The notes under the pieces: model-generated | What the model saw: only the letters and a program-made list of their open reading frames with translations | What the model was told of the DNA's origin: nothing | Database searches by the model: none | Program-made: the position numbers and the translations under genes | DNA from: Octopus vulgaris | Taxonomy: Eukaryota | NCBI GenBank assembly: GCA_951406725.2 | Contig: OX597821.1 | Location: 102,196,001 to 102,444,000, forward strand | Reading direction: 5' to 3' | Length of the DNA: 248,000 nucleotides | Shown here: positions 72,121 to 86,662 of the stretch, piece after piece | Position numbering within the stretch: position 1 is the first letter of the stretch | Layout: each line of letters starts with the position of its first letter

Positions 72121-74710
72121 TTAACGAAGTGAAATAGCGAGTCTGTGTAACATTTATCTAGGATTAAGTGACAATGAAATAAGTACAACAAAACATATTA
72201 CAGGTATCATAAAGCCATTAATATAATTGAAGACACAACTAAACTCTGAGAGTACATTGTTAGTTTAGTAATCTATATACATTTGTGATATGATTGATAA
72301 ACTGTTGTTTAAGGTAACAAAGTTGGAGGTAGATGATTTAATAAGAGTTGACAGAAAGGCAAAGAAAATTAATTATACCAATTAGGATGCTTCATGAAGA
72401 AAATAAAGAAAAACAAAAAATACATTACTGACATGCTTTGTCGCTTACTAAATTGTTTTATTGTTTTATCGTTGTGTATTATTTATTATGGTTTAAAGAA
72501 TGTAATATTCTAATAAGTGAATACATGTATCGTAGTTAAGTTAGCTAACATATTTAATGCAGGGTGAATAAAAAAGAGCTAACTAGAAATAATTAATTAG
72601 AGTTGTACAAAACAATGTTGAGTAAGATACATGTGTATACAATCATATTTATCATATTCATGTATACTTGGACATGGAAAGACTTTTTGCTGCAGAAATA
72701 GTCTCAGGAAGAAATTTTCTTGTCATCACACCATCACAATTGTCATCGTCATTTAATGTCCACTTTCCATGCTGGCATGGTTTAGACAGTTTGACAGGAT
72801 CGAGCCAGCCAGAAGGTTTCACCAGGCTCTAATCATCCGTTTTGGCATGGTTTCTACAGCTGTATGTTCTTCCTAATGCCAACAACTTATAGAGTGCACT
72901 TGATGCCTTTTATGTGGCACAAGCACAGGTCCGTTTTTTGTAGCCCCATCATGAGGCATTTTTTTTTCATGATGACTGGCATCCGTGCTAGTGGAGCGCT
73001 AAGAGCACCATCCGAGCATGATCGTTGCCAGAGTAGCAACTCCTGCATTTGACATAAGTTGAAAACTATACATATATTTTATCTAAGAAGAAAACAATCC
73101 CATTTACCAAAAAAAAAAAAAACATAAGAATTATTGAGGCACAAAATGAGATTCATGAATAGTTTTTTAAGGATCACTAAATCTGCTTTGCCACATCTGC
73201 CCATGAAGATATGATGTAAATAAAACATCACTAGTCCCACATTGTTACTGGAGTTTCTTCTTGGTGAACATCCACACAAGAAGGAGTCTGTTAATGTGGC
73301 ATAATGAGGGTGTTCTCTTGATAGAATTAAGGGATTTCACCAGATTTCTTGATGAAATTATGGGACAGCACTGTTCTCACTTCTGCTCAATTAACTTTCA
73401 CTTTTTTTTAAATCCTTAAACAGCGTGTTTGAATTAATGTGCAAGAAATTGGTTATGCTTCTACAACGCACAAAAATATTTTAGTAATTTTTTTTTATAC
73501 ACTTCATAATGATATTTAATTATAAAAATATAATAGGGTGTTTTTTTAAACATTGAATGGGTATGAAGGTCCAATAGAGTAGAGTAGGAATCAAAAGGGT
73601 CCATAGGTAAAAAAAAAAATGGTTGAGACATACTACCTTAACTCAAAATGTATGGGCTTGTGCCAAAGTTTAGAATTCCTTTACTTTAAATTCTTTACTA
73701 CTACTACTATTACTACTACTAGTAGTAGTGTCACCACTGCCACCGAAACTGCTGCAACTGCCGCCACCACCACTACCACCACCACCACTGCCACCGCCGC
73801 CGCCGCCACCACCACCACCACCACTACCACTACCACTACCACCACCACCACTGGTATTGCTCTTCTCTTTCCTTTTAATTCATTCATTATTTACTTATTT
73901 ATATATTTATTTATTAAATGTTTATTGGGCATTTTTATTTCTGTTCCCAAGTCATAAATTTTTTTTAAAGAAATGAGAAGTAGACATAAAGAAATAAATC
74001 CCAAAACCCCGGTGTCAAGAAACACAGAATCTAGTGCCTGTAAAGTACCATCTCAGTGTCAAAGCTGAAAGAACAACAACAACAACGACGACAACAACAG
74101 TAATAGTAATAGTAGTAGTAATAATAATAATAATAACAATAATAACAATAATAACAATAATAATAACAACAACAACAAAAACAACAAAAACAATAATAAT
74201 AATAACAACAACAACAATGATAATAATAAACATTGGCCAAATTATTCTTCAAGATACAACATGCCTTTTCCTTGAAGCCAATGATCCCAACCCATACATG
74301 CCTATATGCAAACACACCCACACACACACACACACACACACAGAAACGCACTCACACGCACACATACATATTACTGAATAAGAAATGCTTTATGTCACTC
74401 AACACTTCCCCCGTCACCAAAGCCACATTTTCTTAACCATTTACTTACAGCAAAGAGTTCTTTTTTAATCGACATACTTAATGCCAGCAGGTAAGTCTCT
74501 GTTTAGCGTTATTCTTTTGCGTCTTAAGTCCTCAGCGCTTTCTTCATTCTCACCACTCCACTTATTATATCTCTGTGTCTCTTTCCATATACATATGTAT
74601 ATACATATATGCACATACATACATATATATGCAAATATAAATATATATTTATATATACATACATATAATTAAATGTTAAAACGATAATGTTGGTGATGTG
74701 CATGTGTATG

Positions 74711-74822
<112 letters not shown>

Positions 74823-74881
74823 AATTATATGTAATGACATATATACAGACATACACATAACTATCTATCTATCTATCTATC

Positions 74882-74914
<33 letters not shown>

Positions 74915-74933
74915 GTACATATATATGTATATA

Positions 74934-74990
<57 letters not shown>

Positions 74991-75256
74991 TATATGCATA
75001 TATATATAAATTATATATATGTATGTACATATAAATTATGTTTATATATATATATATATATATATTGTAACAACCACGTGTGTGCATAAACAAACTTACA
75101 TTTGTTTTTTAGGAGTGTCGAATGTGTATTGTATGATATATATGTATATTAGTGCAAACAGGAAAAACCGAACTCAAAGTATGAATATATGTACATTTTT
75201 ATTGATATTTAGCAGAAGCAACAGAATGATATATACATATACATACACACACACAC

Positions 75257-75329
<73 letters not shown>

Positions 75330-76509
75330 TTTGACCGACCAGTCCATCAGGCGTCCATTTGACACCGCTGGTCACAGCACGCTGTCCACTCCTCTCTGGA
75401 TCGCGCCTTTCTCATCCACGTGATCCCAATCATCCTCCTGAAATCATAACTCCACCGTCATGGAGGCCTTTCGGGTAGTCATTTCCACTCGTGCGGGTAC
75501 CACTCGACAACTGCACGGGTCCACCGATTATTGGTGAGCCGGGCGACGTGTCCAGCCCATCTAAACTTGCTGCGTGTATATATATATGGCATAGTTCATC
75601 AATGACTTTTCTCCACTGCCGTCAACTCCGGGCTGTCTTTTTTGCTTCTCTCGAGTTGGATTCCTGCTTTTTCACCCCTGCCTCAGTATCCTGCCTCCAG
75701 TTATTTTTTGGCACCCTCTATTCTGCCTCCCTTGGGCGTTCATGTTTCCTTGTGGGGAGCCCTTCCTCTCACATGCCTTGAATTTTCATAGTTTTGAATT
75801 GTCATTGATGTTTCTGTAACTTTGCAATTTTCAAGGTGGTAGTTTTTGTCCAACACAAACTCGTTTTAAACGTCTGGGAAGAGTAGGTCCTGATTAGTCT
75901 GCCCTCTACCTTTTGACCTGCCAAACATGTGAGACTGACATAGTTCTTGTAGTCATCGAGGCACACAAGCCACCATGCTGCAATGATTCCTGATGGTTAA
76001 AACTTCTTAGGGTCACACACAGTAGATATTTCATTGCAGCAATCAAATTACCACACATTGTGACAATGAAGCACAGCAATTTCCATAGTTTCAGACAAGT
76101 GGAAGGTGTAGTAGCGATGGGTGTAGATGTAATTCTTCAGTCTTCTGTATGGTTACCTTCTCTGTCAAAGAACCGCATGGTGAAAATCATAGTCTCCATT
76201 GACCATTAATGGATGGACTCAACACCTTCTCCTTCTGCTTTTTTAAAAAATTTCATTCTCTCTTTTTTTAACTAATTTATTTGTTATTTTATTTTAAATT
76301 TTTTATTCGTATTTAGAACATCTATTTTGGCAACTGCTTGGCTATTATCAAATTTGCCAAAAAACTATGCATGTGTGTGTGAGTGTAGGTATGTACGTAG
76401 GTATGAATGAATGTATCTAGGTAGGTAAGTCTATGTGTAGATATGTATGAATGTATGTATGTATATACATACATATATACATATATGATATATATATATA
76501 TGATATATG

Positions 76510-76571
<62 letters not shown>

Positions 76572-76947
76572 TATATATGTGTAAGGCAGTTTTTCCCCAA
76601 GTAGGAGTGTTCAGATTAAATATGTACAAAAAGTAATGTAAAGTTTACTGTGCAAGAATTTATAACCTGTCAATAAATAAAGAGTCCTTCACAGAGATTT
76701 CGGAAATAGCTCCACTACTTAAGAGATTTAAGATAAGAAAACATAAAAATTCTTTTTCAATCAGGAGATTATCTCTACAAACAATATCCGTAGTTTCTAT
76801 TCATTTGACCAAATATTTTGTTGGTTTAGAATTATAAACAAAAACACTCTACATGTAAGAGATTATAAGTAAATGTTCTCTCTTGAATGGCAATACATAT
76901 TTGTATGTGTATACATATCTATGTATATATATATATGTATATATACA

Positions 76948-77026
<79 letters not shown>

Positions 77027-77384
77027 ACGTGTGTACACATATGTGCAGGACTGGCTCCTGTGCAGGTGGCATGTAAAAAACAGCATTTGAGTGTGGCCAT
77101 TGCCAGTACTGCCTGACTGGCCCTTGTACCAGTTGCACGTAAAAGTACCCACTACGCTGTTGGAGTGGTTGGTATTAGGAAGGGCAACCAGCTGTAGGAA
77201 CTTTGCCAGATCAGATTGGAGCCTGGTGTAGCCATCTGGTTTGTCAGTCCTCAGTCAAATCGTCCAACCCATGCTGGCATGGAAAGCGGACATTAAACGT
77301 TGATGATGATGATAATATGTACATACATACATACATATACACACACACACACACACACACATACACACATATATATATCATCAT

Positions 77385-78470
77385 CATCATCATCATCATC
77401 GTTTAACGTCCGTTCTCCATGCTAGCATGGGTTGGACTGTTCGACCGGGGACCTGGGAAACCAGAAGGCTGCACCAAGCTCCAGTCTTATCTGGCAATGT
77501 TTCTACAGCTGGATGCCCTTCCTAACGCCAACCACTCATTGAGTGTAGTGGGTGCTTTTTACGTGCCACCTGCACAGGTGCCAGGCGAGGCTGGCAACGG
77601 CTACAGTCGGATTGGTGCATTTTACGTGCCACTGGCACGGAAGCCAGTCAAGGCGGCACAGGCATCGGCCACGATTCGGATGGTGCTTTTTACATGCCAC
77701 CGGCACGGAAGCCAGTCAAGGCGGCGCTGGCATCGGCCACGATTTGGATAGTGATTTTTATGTACCACCAGTCCAGGGGTCCTGGCATCTGCCGGGTGCT
77801 TGTCGTCAGATGAGGTTCGATATCGACTTCGCTTGCCTCAACAGGTCTTTGTGTGTCCAAGGGAGGAAAGGCATGCATATCAATTTCACAAATTAGACAG
77901 AAGCATGACGTGGCCGATGACAGTACCGCCTGATTGGCACGAGTGCCAGTGGAATGTTAAAAGCACATCCGAACGTGGGGTATAAGCAGCCCACTTATGA
78001 GTACTCCTCATTCATTGGACAATGAATTTTGCTTATGAAGACCTATTGAGGCAAGTGAAAACAAATTAAAATTGCTGACATGGCCGATAATTGGTACTCA
78101 TGCCAGTGGAATGTTAAAAGCACATCCGAGCATGATCATTGCCAGGGCCATGGATTTGCTCCCATGCCAGTGACACATGAAAAGTACCATTCGAGCATGA
78201 CCATTGCCAGCATCGCTTTACTGGCACATGTGCTAGTGGCACGTAAAAACACCTTTTGAGTGTGGTCGTTGCTAGAACCACCTGACTGGCCGTTGTGCCG
78301 GTGCCAGATAAAAGCACCCACTACACTCTCAGAGTGATTGGCATTAGGAAGGGCACATCCAGCTGTAGAAACTTTGCCAGATCAGATTGAACCTGGTGTA
78401 GCCTCTGGTTCACCAGTCCTCAGTCAAACAGTCCAACCCATGCCAGTAGGGGAAAGCGGACATAAAATGA
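77385..78470. mobile_element. Two tail-to-tail family-C elements with tandem internal units
   Basis: Plus-strand copy from 77385 and minus-strand copy ending ~78470, both carrying the ggatgcccttcc motif. Confidence 0.65.
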
Positions 78471-78484
78471 TGATGAAGATGATG

Positions 78485-78545
<61 letters not shown>

Positions 78546-79004
78546 GATGGGCTTCTTTCACTTTCTTATTTCTTTACTGTACACAAGAGGCTACACACAG
78601 AGGGGACAAACAAGGACAGACAAACGGATTAAGTCAATTATATCGACCCCAGTGCATAACTGGTACTTATTTAATTGACCCCAAAAGGATGAAAGGCAAA
78701 GTCGAGCTCAGCAAAATTTGAACTCAGAATGTAGCGGCAGACAAAATACTGCTAAGCATTTCGCCCGGCGTGCTAACGATTCTGCCAGCTCGCCGGCTTC
78801 TTTCAGTTTCTGTTTATCAAATCCTCCCACAAGACTTTAGTCAGCCAGAGGCTATAGTAGAAGACTATTGCTCAAGGTGTCATGCAGTGAGACTGAACCA
78901 GGAACCATGTGGTTGGGAAGCAAGATTCTTACCACATAGCCACGTCTGTGCCTATTTTTACTGCCAAGCTGGTGTTAGAACACCTACATACATACATACA
79001 TACA

Positions 79005-79223
<219 letters not shown>

Positions 79224-80668
79224 TATGTATATATGTTCTATATATATATAACAGCCACATATATTTTCATTAGTGGTGACTTCAACTACCCTGAAACTGA
79301 ATGGGAACCTTTTCATTGGTAATAACACTTTGGACCTGCTCTTTACCACCACTCCTAGAACTGTTATCAGTGTTGTGACAAAGGAACCTCTAAGTGACTC
79401 CAATCATGCTATGATCATTGCCATTCTGTCTCTTGTAGGCAGAAACAAGAAGCACCACCACCTTCAAACCACTCGCTTTGACTGGAACTGTCACCGTAAG
79501 GAGTTACGACACCTAAACTGGTTTGAATTTTACAATTCAAACCGGTTATGATCTTATGCACCCAATAAAAGTATTATTGTTAAGCTGGAACTGTTGCTAG
79601 TGTAAAAAGAAATGGAATGGTGAAATTATTTTCTAGTTTTCTGAAAAAGCAATGTTTTGGACTTACGATACTTTTGCATAATAGCAATGATATGTGTGTG
79701 TGTCTGTGTGTGTGTGTGTGTATACATATACATATATGTATGTATGTATGTATGTGTGTATGTATGTAGGTATATGTGTTTGTATATATATGTTTTCTTT
79801 CTGTTTCTTTTCTTTTATTTGTTTCAGTCATTTGACTGTAGCCATGCTGGAGCACTGCCTTTAGTTGAGCAAATCGACCCCAGGACTTATTCTTTGTAAG
79901 CCTAGTACTTGTTCTATCGGTCTCTCTTGCTGAACCACTAAGTGATGGGGATGTAAACACACCAGCATCGGTTGTCAAGCGATGTTAGGAGGACAAACAC
80001 AGACACACAAACATATACATACACACACACACACACATATGATGAGCTTCTTTCAGTTTCCGTCCACCAAATCCACTCACAAGGCTTTGGTCAGCCCGAG
80101 GCTATAGTAGAAGACACTTGCCCAAGGTGCCTCGCAATGGGACTGAAGCCAGAACCATGTGGTTGGTAAGCAAGCTACTTACCACACAGCCATTCCTGCA
80201 CCTATGATCTTTTCTCCACCTCATCTAAATGTATATATACATATATTATCTATCTACCTACCTATTTATCTTTAAAATTATCAACCATCGTACCAACAAT
80301 AACTCTGAGCACCTTTTTAAACTCCACCCATCTAACACCCGTGGACATATTTACAAAGTCAGGAAACAGCACAGCTCCCATGACTTCAGGAAACATTTTT
80401 TCACGCTGAGAGTTGCTGAAGCATGGAACAAACTGCCGGTATTAGTTGTTAGTTGTCGGAGCACTGCATCCTTCAAAATTTCCATGCTTTCTGAGATTCG
80501 CCAACATACACTTGATTTTCTCCCCTCCATACACACGCATGCATGTATCTGACTCATGCATTGTTCGCTTTCCAGACATTTGTACGTTACTGCATATATT
80601 CTGACCAGTTGTGGTGCACCTGAGCACTGTATACAATAATTTCATTATTTATTATTTATATTTAGCTA

Positions 80669-80699
<31 letters not shown>

Positions 80700-80712
80700 T
80701 TCTATCTATCTG

Positions 80713-80759
<47 letters not shown>

Positions 80760-81135
80760 GTCTATCTGTCTGTCTGTCTGTCTATTTGTATGTATGTATG
80801 TATGTATGTATGTATGTATGTATGTATGTATGTATGCATGCATGTATGTATATCTTCAGTAAATCATAAATCCGAAAGAGAAGCACACTCTAAATTAACG
80901 AGTAGTAGAGCATTTAGATAAACATAGTTATGGCCAGTCTATGAGGTTACCAAGGGTTTTGCATCCATAAACACTCAGCTTTACAGCATCTTGCCAGACC
81001 TTAATGGTGAGTGGCCTATAACCTAGGCCACCGCCCATCAGTGTCTGACGAGACGCTGCAAATCTAAGTACTTTATGGACACGAAACCCATAGGCCAGCC
81101 ATAACTATCTTTATCTAAATATGTATATAGTATAT

Positions 81136-81193
<58 letters not shown>

Positions 81194-82194
81194 ATGTATA
81201 TATATATATGTATGTATGTATATATACAACTACCAAAGTGCTGTTTTCAAGGTAGCTTATTAACACTAGCATATGTGTGTGTGTGTGTGAAGAAGTGAGT
81301 GTATAAGTGTGTAAATGTGCGTGTTAGTATATATCGAGTCAGAGAGTCAGATAATGGAAGCTAAGTGCGGTTGCTAGAAAGCTGGTTTACTTAAGGATTG
81401 TACAAATAAACGTTGACTGATAAATTGTCTCCTATCTCTTTATTTAAGATAACTGTAACAGTAAAAATGATGTAAGTCATGTCTCAGCAGTAACACCAGC
81501 ATCAGCAGCAGTAGTAGTAGTAGTAATGGTACTGAATAGTGGTTGTGGTGGTGGTGGTGGTGGTTGTGGTTGTGGTGGTGGTTGTGGTATAGTGATGGTG
81601 GTGGTGGTGGTGGTGGTGGTGGTGGTGGTAGTGGTTGTGCTGGTAGCAATAGTAGCTGTAGAAGTAGTTGTAGTAGTAGAAGTAGTAGTGGTGATAGTGT
81701 GGTGGTTGTAGTAGCAGCAACAACAGTGGGTTTTTTTTTCCTCTCTCTTTCACAGTTTAGCCAGGGAAGGAAGGGCAGCAGTTATGACTATTTTTTCAAA
81801 GCATCTGAATTTGGGGGGGGGGGGGGGCAGGGGAGAGGAATTGTCCTAAAAACTGGAGGCTTGACTCTACTACTTGCCAGGAAGTGTACTTGTATCAAAG
81901 GACCCCAAAGACCAGGTGGTAGCATTAAACCACATGACGAATTGAGGCTGTAACCCCAAAAACCCGGAACACAAAGAGCTGGAACAAATACCACAAGATA
82001 TCTCATCCAGATATACAATCAGTTGCCCTGAGCTGGTATTCTATTTATTCTAGCAGGTTAAGAGGCCACACATAGGTTTCTTATTGTAATTGTTGGTAGT
82101 GGTATGTTGATGTTTTAGTGAGATAGTGAATTAAACTGTCCATTTAGATGAGGTGTTGAAGCGATCAGATGGTGTAAAGGTTTGACACTAGCAG

Positions 82195-82337
<143 letters not shown>

Positions 82338-84393
82338 GAGAATGATGTGTTGGTAATGGGATGAGTTTGATAACAGTATAAGAAGCAAGGGATGATATTG
82401 GGAAAGCTAAAAAAAACCCCGAATCATTTGATAAATATAGTAGGAACCTGGACAAGTTTTCTTTTGTGATATTCTTGATGAAGAACATCATCACTTAGAA
82501 AATGACATTCAGTAACACATCTTCTACTAAAATCTCTAAAAGTGCTAGATATAAAATGGCTTAAAAGGGTTTGTCTTCAAACTACAAAGCAGACTTATGA
82601 ATGATATTAGAAAAGTATTCATCAGTGATAATAACTGTGTGAAAGAGATTTTCAAACATGAAATATTCACCAATATAGATTCTTTCTCCCTCTCTCTTTC
82701 CTAAATCAAGGAGGACTGTAGAAGGCTTTGGTATAAATGAAGTGAAGGTCATGAAATGAAACCACAAAAGAAAAGATCTGGGCAGGAAGACTGATCCCAA
82801 ACTGAGAGGGAACTCCAAAAATAAAATTGGTTTCAAATTTTGGCACAGGGTCTGTATTTTCAGGGGAGAGAGTGAGTCAATTACATTGACCCCAGTGCTC
82901 GACTGGTACTCATTTTATCGACCCTGAAAGGAGGAAAGGCTAAGTCAACCTCAGTGGAATTTGAACTCAGAATGTAAAGCCTGATGAAATGTCACTAAGT
83001 GTTTTGCCCAGCTTGCTAATGATTCTGCCAGCTTGACTCCAAAAATAATATAGGTTTCAAATTTTGGCACAAGGCCAGCAATTTTGGCTGAGAGGAAAAG
83101 TCGATCACATCGACCCCCATGTTCAACTGGCACTTATTTTATCGACCATGAAACAAGGAAAATCAAAGCTGACCTTGATGGGATTTGAACTCAGCTTGTG
83201 AAAAGTCGGGACAAATATTAGAGAGACAAGGCCTGAAATTTGAGGGAGGTGGTCAGTCAATTACATCCATCCCAGTGTTCAACTGGCACTTTATTTTATC
83301 TACCACAAAACAATGAAAATCAAAGTTGACCTTGACGGGACTTGAACTCAGATTGTGAAGGACCGGGACAACAAGGTCTGAAATTTGAGGGAGGTGGTCA
83401 GTCAATTACATCCACCCAAGTGTTCAACTCACACTTATTTTATTAACCCTGAAAGGATGAAAGATAAAGTTGGCCTCGGTGGAATTTGAACTCAGAATGT
83501 AAAGACAGATGAAATACTGCTAAGCATTTTGCCCTGCATGCTAACGAATCTGCCAGCTCACCGCCTTAACTCCAAAATTTATATCGTGACCAATAACTAC
83601 TTAGCAATTCCTGTTGTTCACAGCAGTTTTAGCAACACTTGTTATTCACTAAAACTTGGCAATGTCTGTTATTCATTACAACTTGGTAATACCTGCTGCT
83701 TTGATATGATAAACTGGTCCTTACAAGTCTTGTGCTGTAAACTGATCCTTAAAACATTTGTCCATAAATTTCTCCCCTGTCTCAGAATATGCCATCCTAG
83801 AGCTGACATTAATTGAATATTTTTGCCCTGAAACTAAGATGGGTAGATGTCTATTACAGGAAGTCATTGCATAAAAAAGTAAGCAAAAAGAAAATGAAAA
83901 TAAATAATTCATGCATGTGACTATGACAAGACTGCTGGAATTTAAGAGAATATAGGAAATGAGAGAGGATTTTACATTGTGATAAAGGATTGGGGGAATT
84001 ATAAGAAAAACTTTGATATGAAGAACTAGGATTTTTAAACACATTAAATACAGTAAACAAGGTAATAGAAATACACAAAACCAGAAGGACCAGAAGGACT
84101 TGAGGATTCATTGAGAGGAAAAGCATTTGAATAAAAGTTCTTCAAGGCAGTGCACGACTGTGGCCACAGTCTAATGGCCTGAAACAAATAAGAGATTAAA
84201 GATATATATATATATATATCATCATCATCATCATCATTTAACGTTCGCTTTCTATGGTAGCATGGGTTGGACGATTTCACTGAGGACTGGTGAACCAGAT
84301 AGCTGCCCAAGGCTCCAATCTTGATCTGGCAGAGTTTCTACAGCTAGATGCCCTTCCTAATGCCAACCACTCTGAGAGTGCAGTGGGTGCTTT

Positions 84394-84426
<33 letters not shown>

Positions 84427-84522
84427 TATACCTTACAACTTCACTTTGTTATATATATATATATATATATATATAAACTTACTTGGAAATGGATGCGTAG
84501 CATTCAATTAAATAATAACATA

Positions 84523-84561
<39 letters not shown>

Positions 84562-85492
84562 TATATACATAGATATATATATTATTTATACATATGTATA
84601 TATATATATATATAGTAAAGATCATTTGCCAAGTCCTGATTAGGATGAATGTTATTGTTATTTAACCCCAGGAAACATTGTCGCCAGCTGGCTACCGACA
84701 CACAATCTGCGTCCTTATATTTTCGAAGAAAGGAGCTTAGAGTTCCTGCTCCGCTCAGAATTCAAATTTACAGAAAACAAAAGATAAAGACAGGTAAATG
84801 AACAACAAGCAGGTGTATTATATATTATATATATATATAAAATGATAAAAGGAAAATGGAGAGTTCAAACTGACATATGTTAATTCATTAACATAATATT
84901 AATAATCCTTAGCAAATGTGGGGATAAGCAAGTAAGACACATCAATATATAAACTATATTAAATACATCAAATACAATATATATATGGCTCCTGTGCTGG
85001 TGGCACATAAAAAGCACCATCCGAACGTGGCCGATGCCAGCGCCACCCCAACTGGCTTCTGTGCCGGTGGCACATAAAAAGCACCATCCAAACGTGGCCG
85101 TTGCCAGCGCCGCCTTAGCTGGCTTCCGTGCCGGTGGCACGTTAAAAGCTCCAACCGATCGTGGCTGATGCTGGACACCCCTGGCACCTGTGCAGGTGGC
85201 ACGTAAAAAGCACCCACTACACTTGCGGAGTGGTTGGCGTTAGGAAGGGCATCCAGCTGTAGAAACTCTGCCAGATCAGACTGGAGCCTGGTGCAGCCCC
85301 TGGCTTCCCAGACCCCAGTCGAACCGTCCAACCCGTGCTAGCGCGGAAAACGGACGTTAAACGATGATGATGTTGATGATATGTATGTATACATATAAAA
85401 CGGACCAGCTTACACATGTGAAAATGATAGAAAATTAAAGAGAAAATTTATATATGGAGAATATCTGAATCTCATGTCTGAACTATATGTGC

Positions 85493-85562
<70 letters not shown>

Positions 85563-85950
85563 TATATATATATATATAGGCGTAGGAGTGGCTGTGTGGT
85601 AAGTAGCTTGTTTACCAACCACATGGTTCTGGGCAAGTGTTTTCTACTATAGCCTCGGGCAGACCAAAGCCTTGTGAGTGGATTTGGTAGACGGAAACTG
85701 AAAGAAGCCTGTCGTATATATGTATATATATATGTGTGTGTGTCTGTGTTTGTCCTCCCAACATCGCTTGACAACCGATGCTGGTATGTTCATGTCCCCG
85801 TAACTTAGCGGTTCAGCAAAAGAGACCAATAGAATAAGTACTAGGCTTACAAAGAATAAGTCCTGGGGTCGATTTGCTCGACTAAAGGCGGTGATCCAGG
85901 ATGGCCGCAGTCAAATAACTGAAACAAGTAAAAGAGTAAAGCATAAAGAG

Positions 85951-85999
<49 letters not shown>

Positions 86000-86357
86000 A
86001 CAAGTTTTCTTTTAACAACTTCAGTAGATTGCGACAATAGTCAATTTATTTTGTGCTGACATTAAAAAATTTACTTTTTAAACTATTATCCACAATTATT
86101 TCAGAATTTACAAAAGACTTCTCTGGTTTGCTGTTTAATAATGACAAATACCTTTGATCTTTTGAATTTGTCCTGTATGAAGTGACGGCTGTCTGGCAAC
86201 AGATGAATTGCTTTCATTTTCTCTTTATTTGCTTATATTCCATTTTTGGTTATGACAAAAAACAAAAAAGTCTTATTTTTGCCAGTTTGGGCTGTAAGTG
86301 TTGTATGATTTCTTCATTTCAGTGCATCAAGACATGCATGTATATGTATATATGTAA

Positions 86358-86408
<51 letters not shown>

Positions 86409-86496
86409 TACATCTACATGTATTGTACATGTATATATATTCATTTACACATACACTCATTCATATATACACACATACACATACATATATACACAC

Positions 86497-86547
<51 letters not shown>

Positions 86548-86583
86548 CATACACATACATACATACACACACTCACACACACA

Positions 86584-86662
<79 letters not shown>
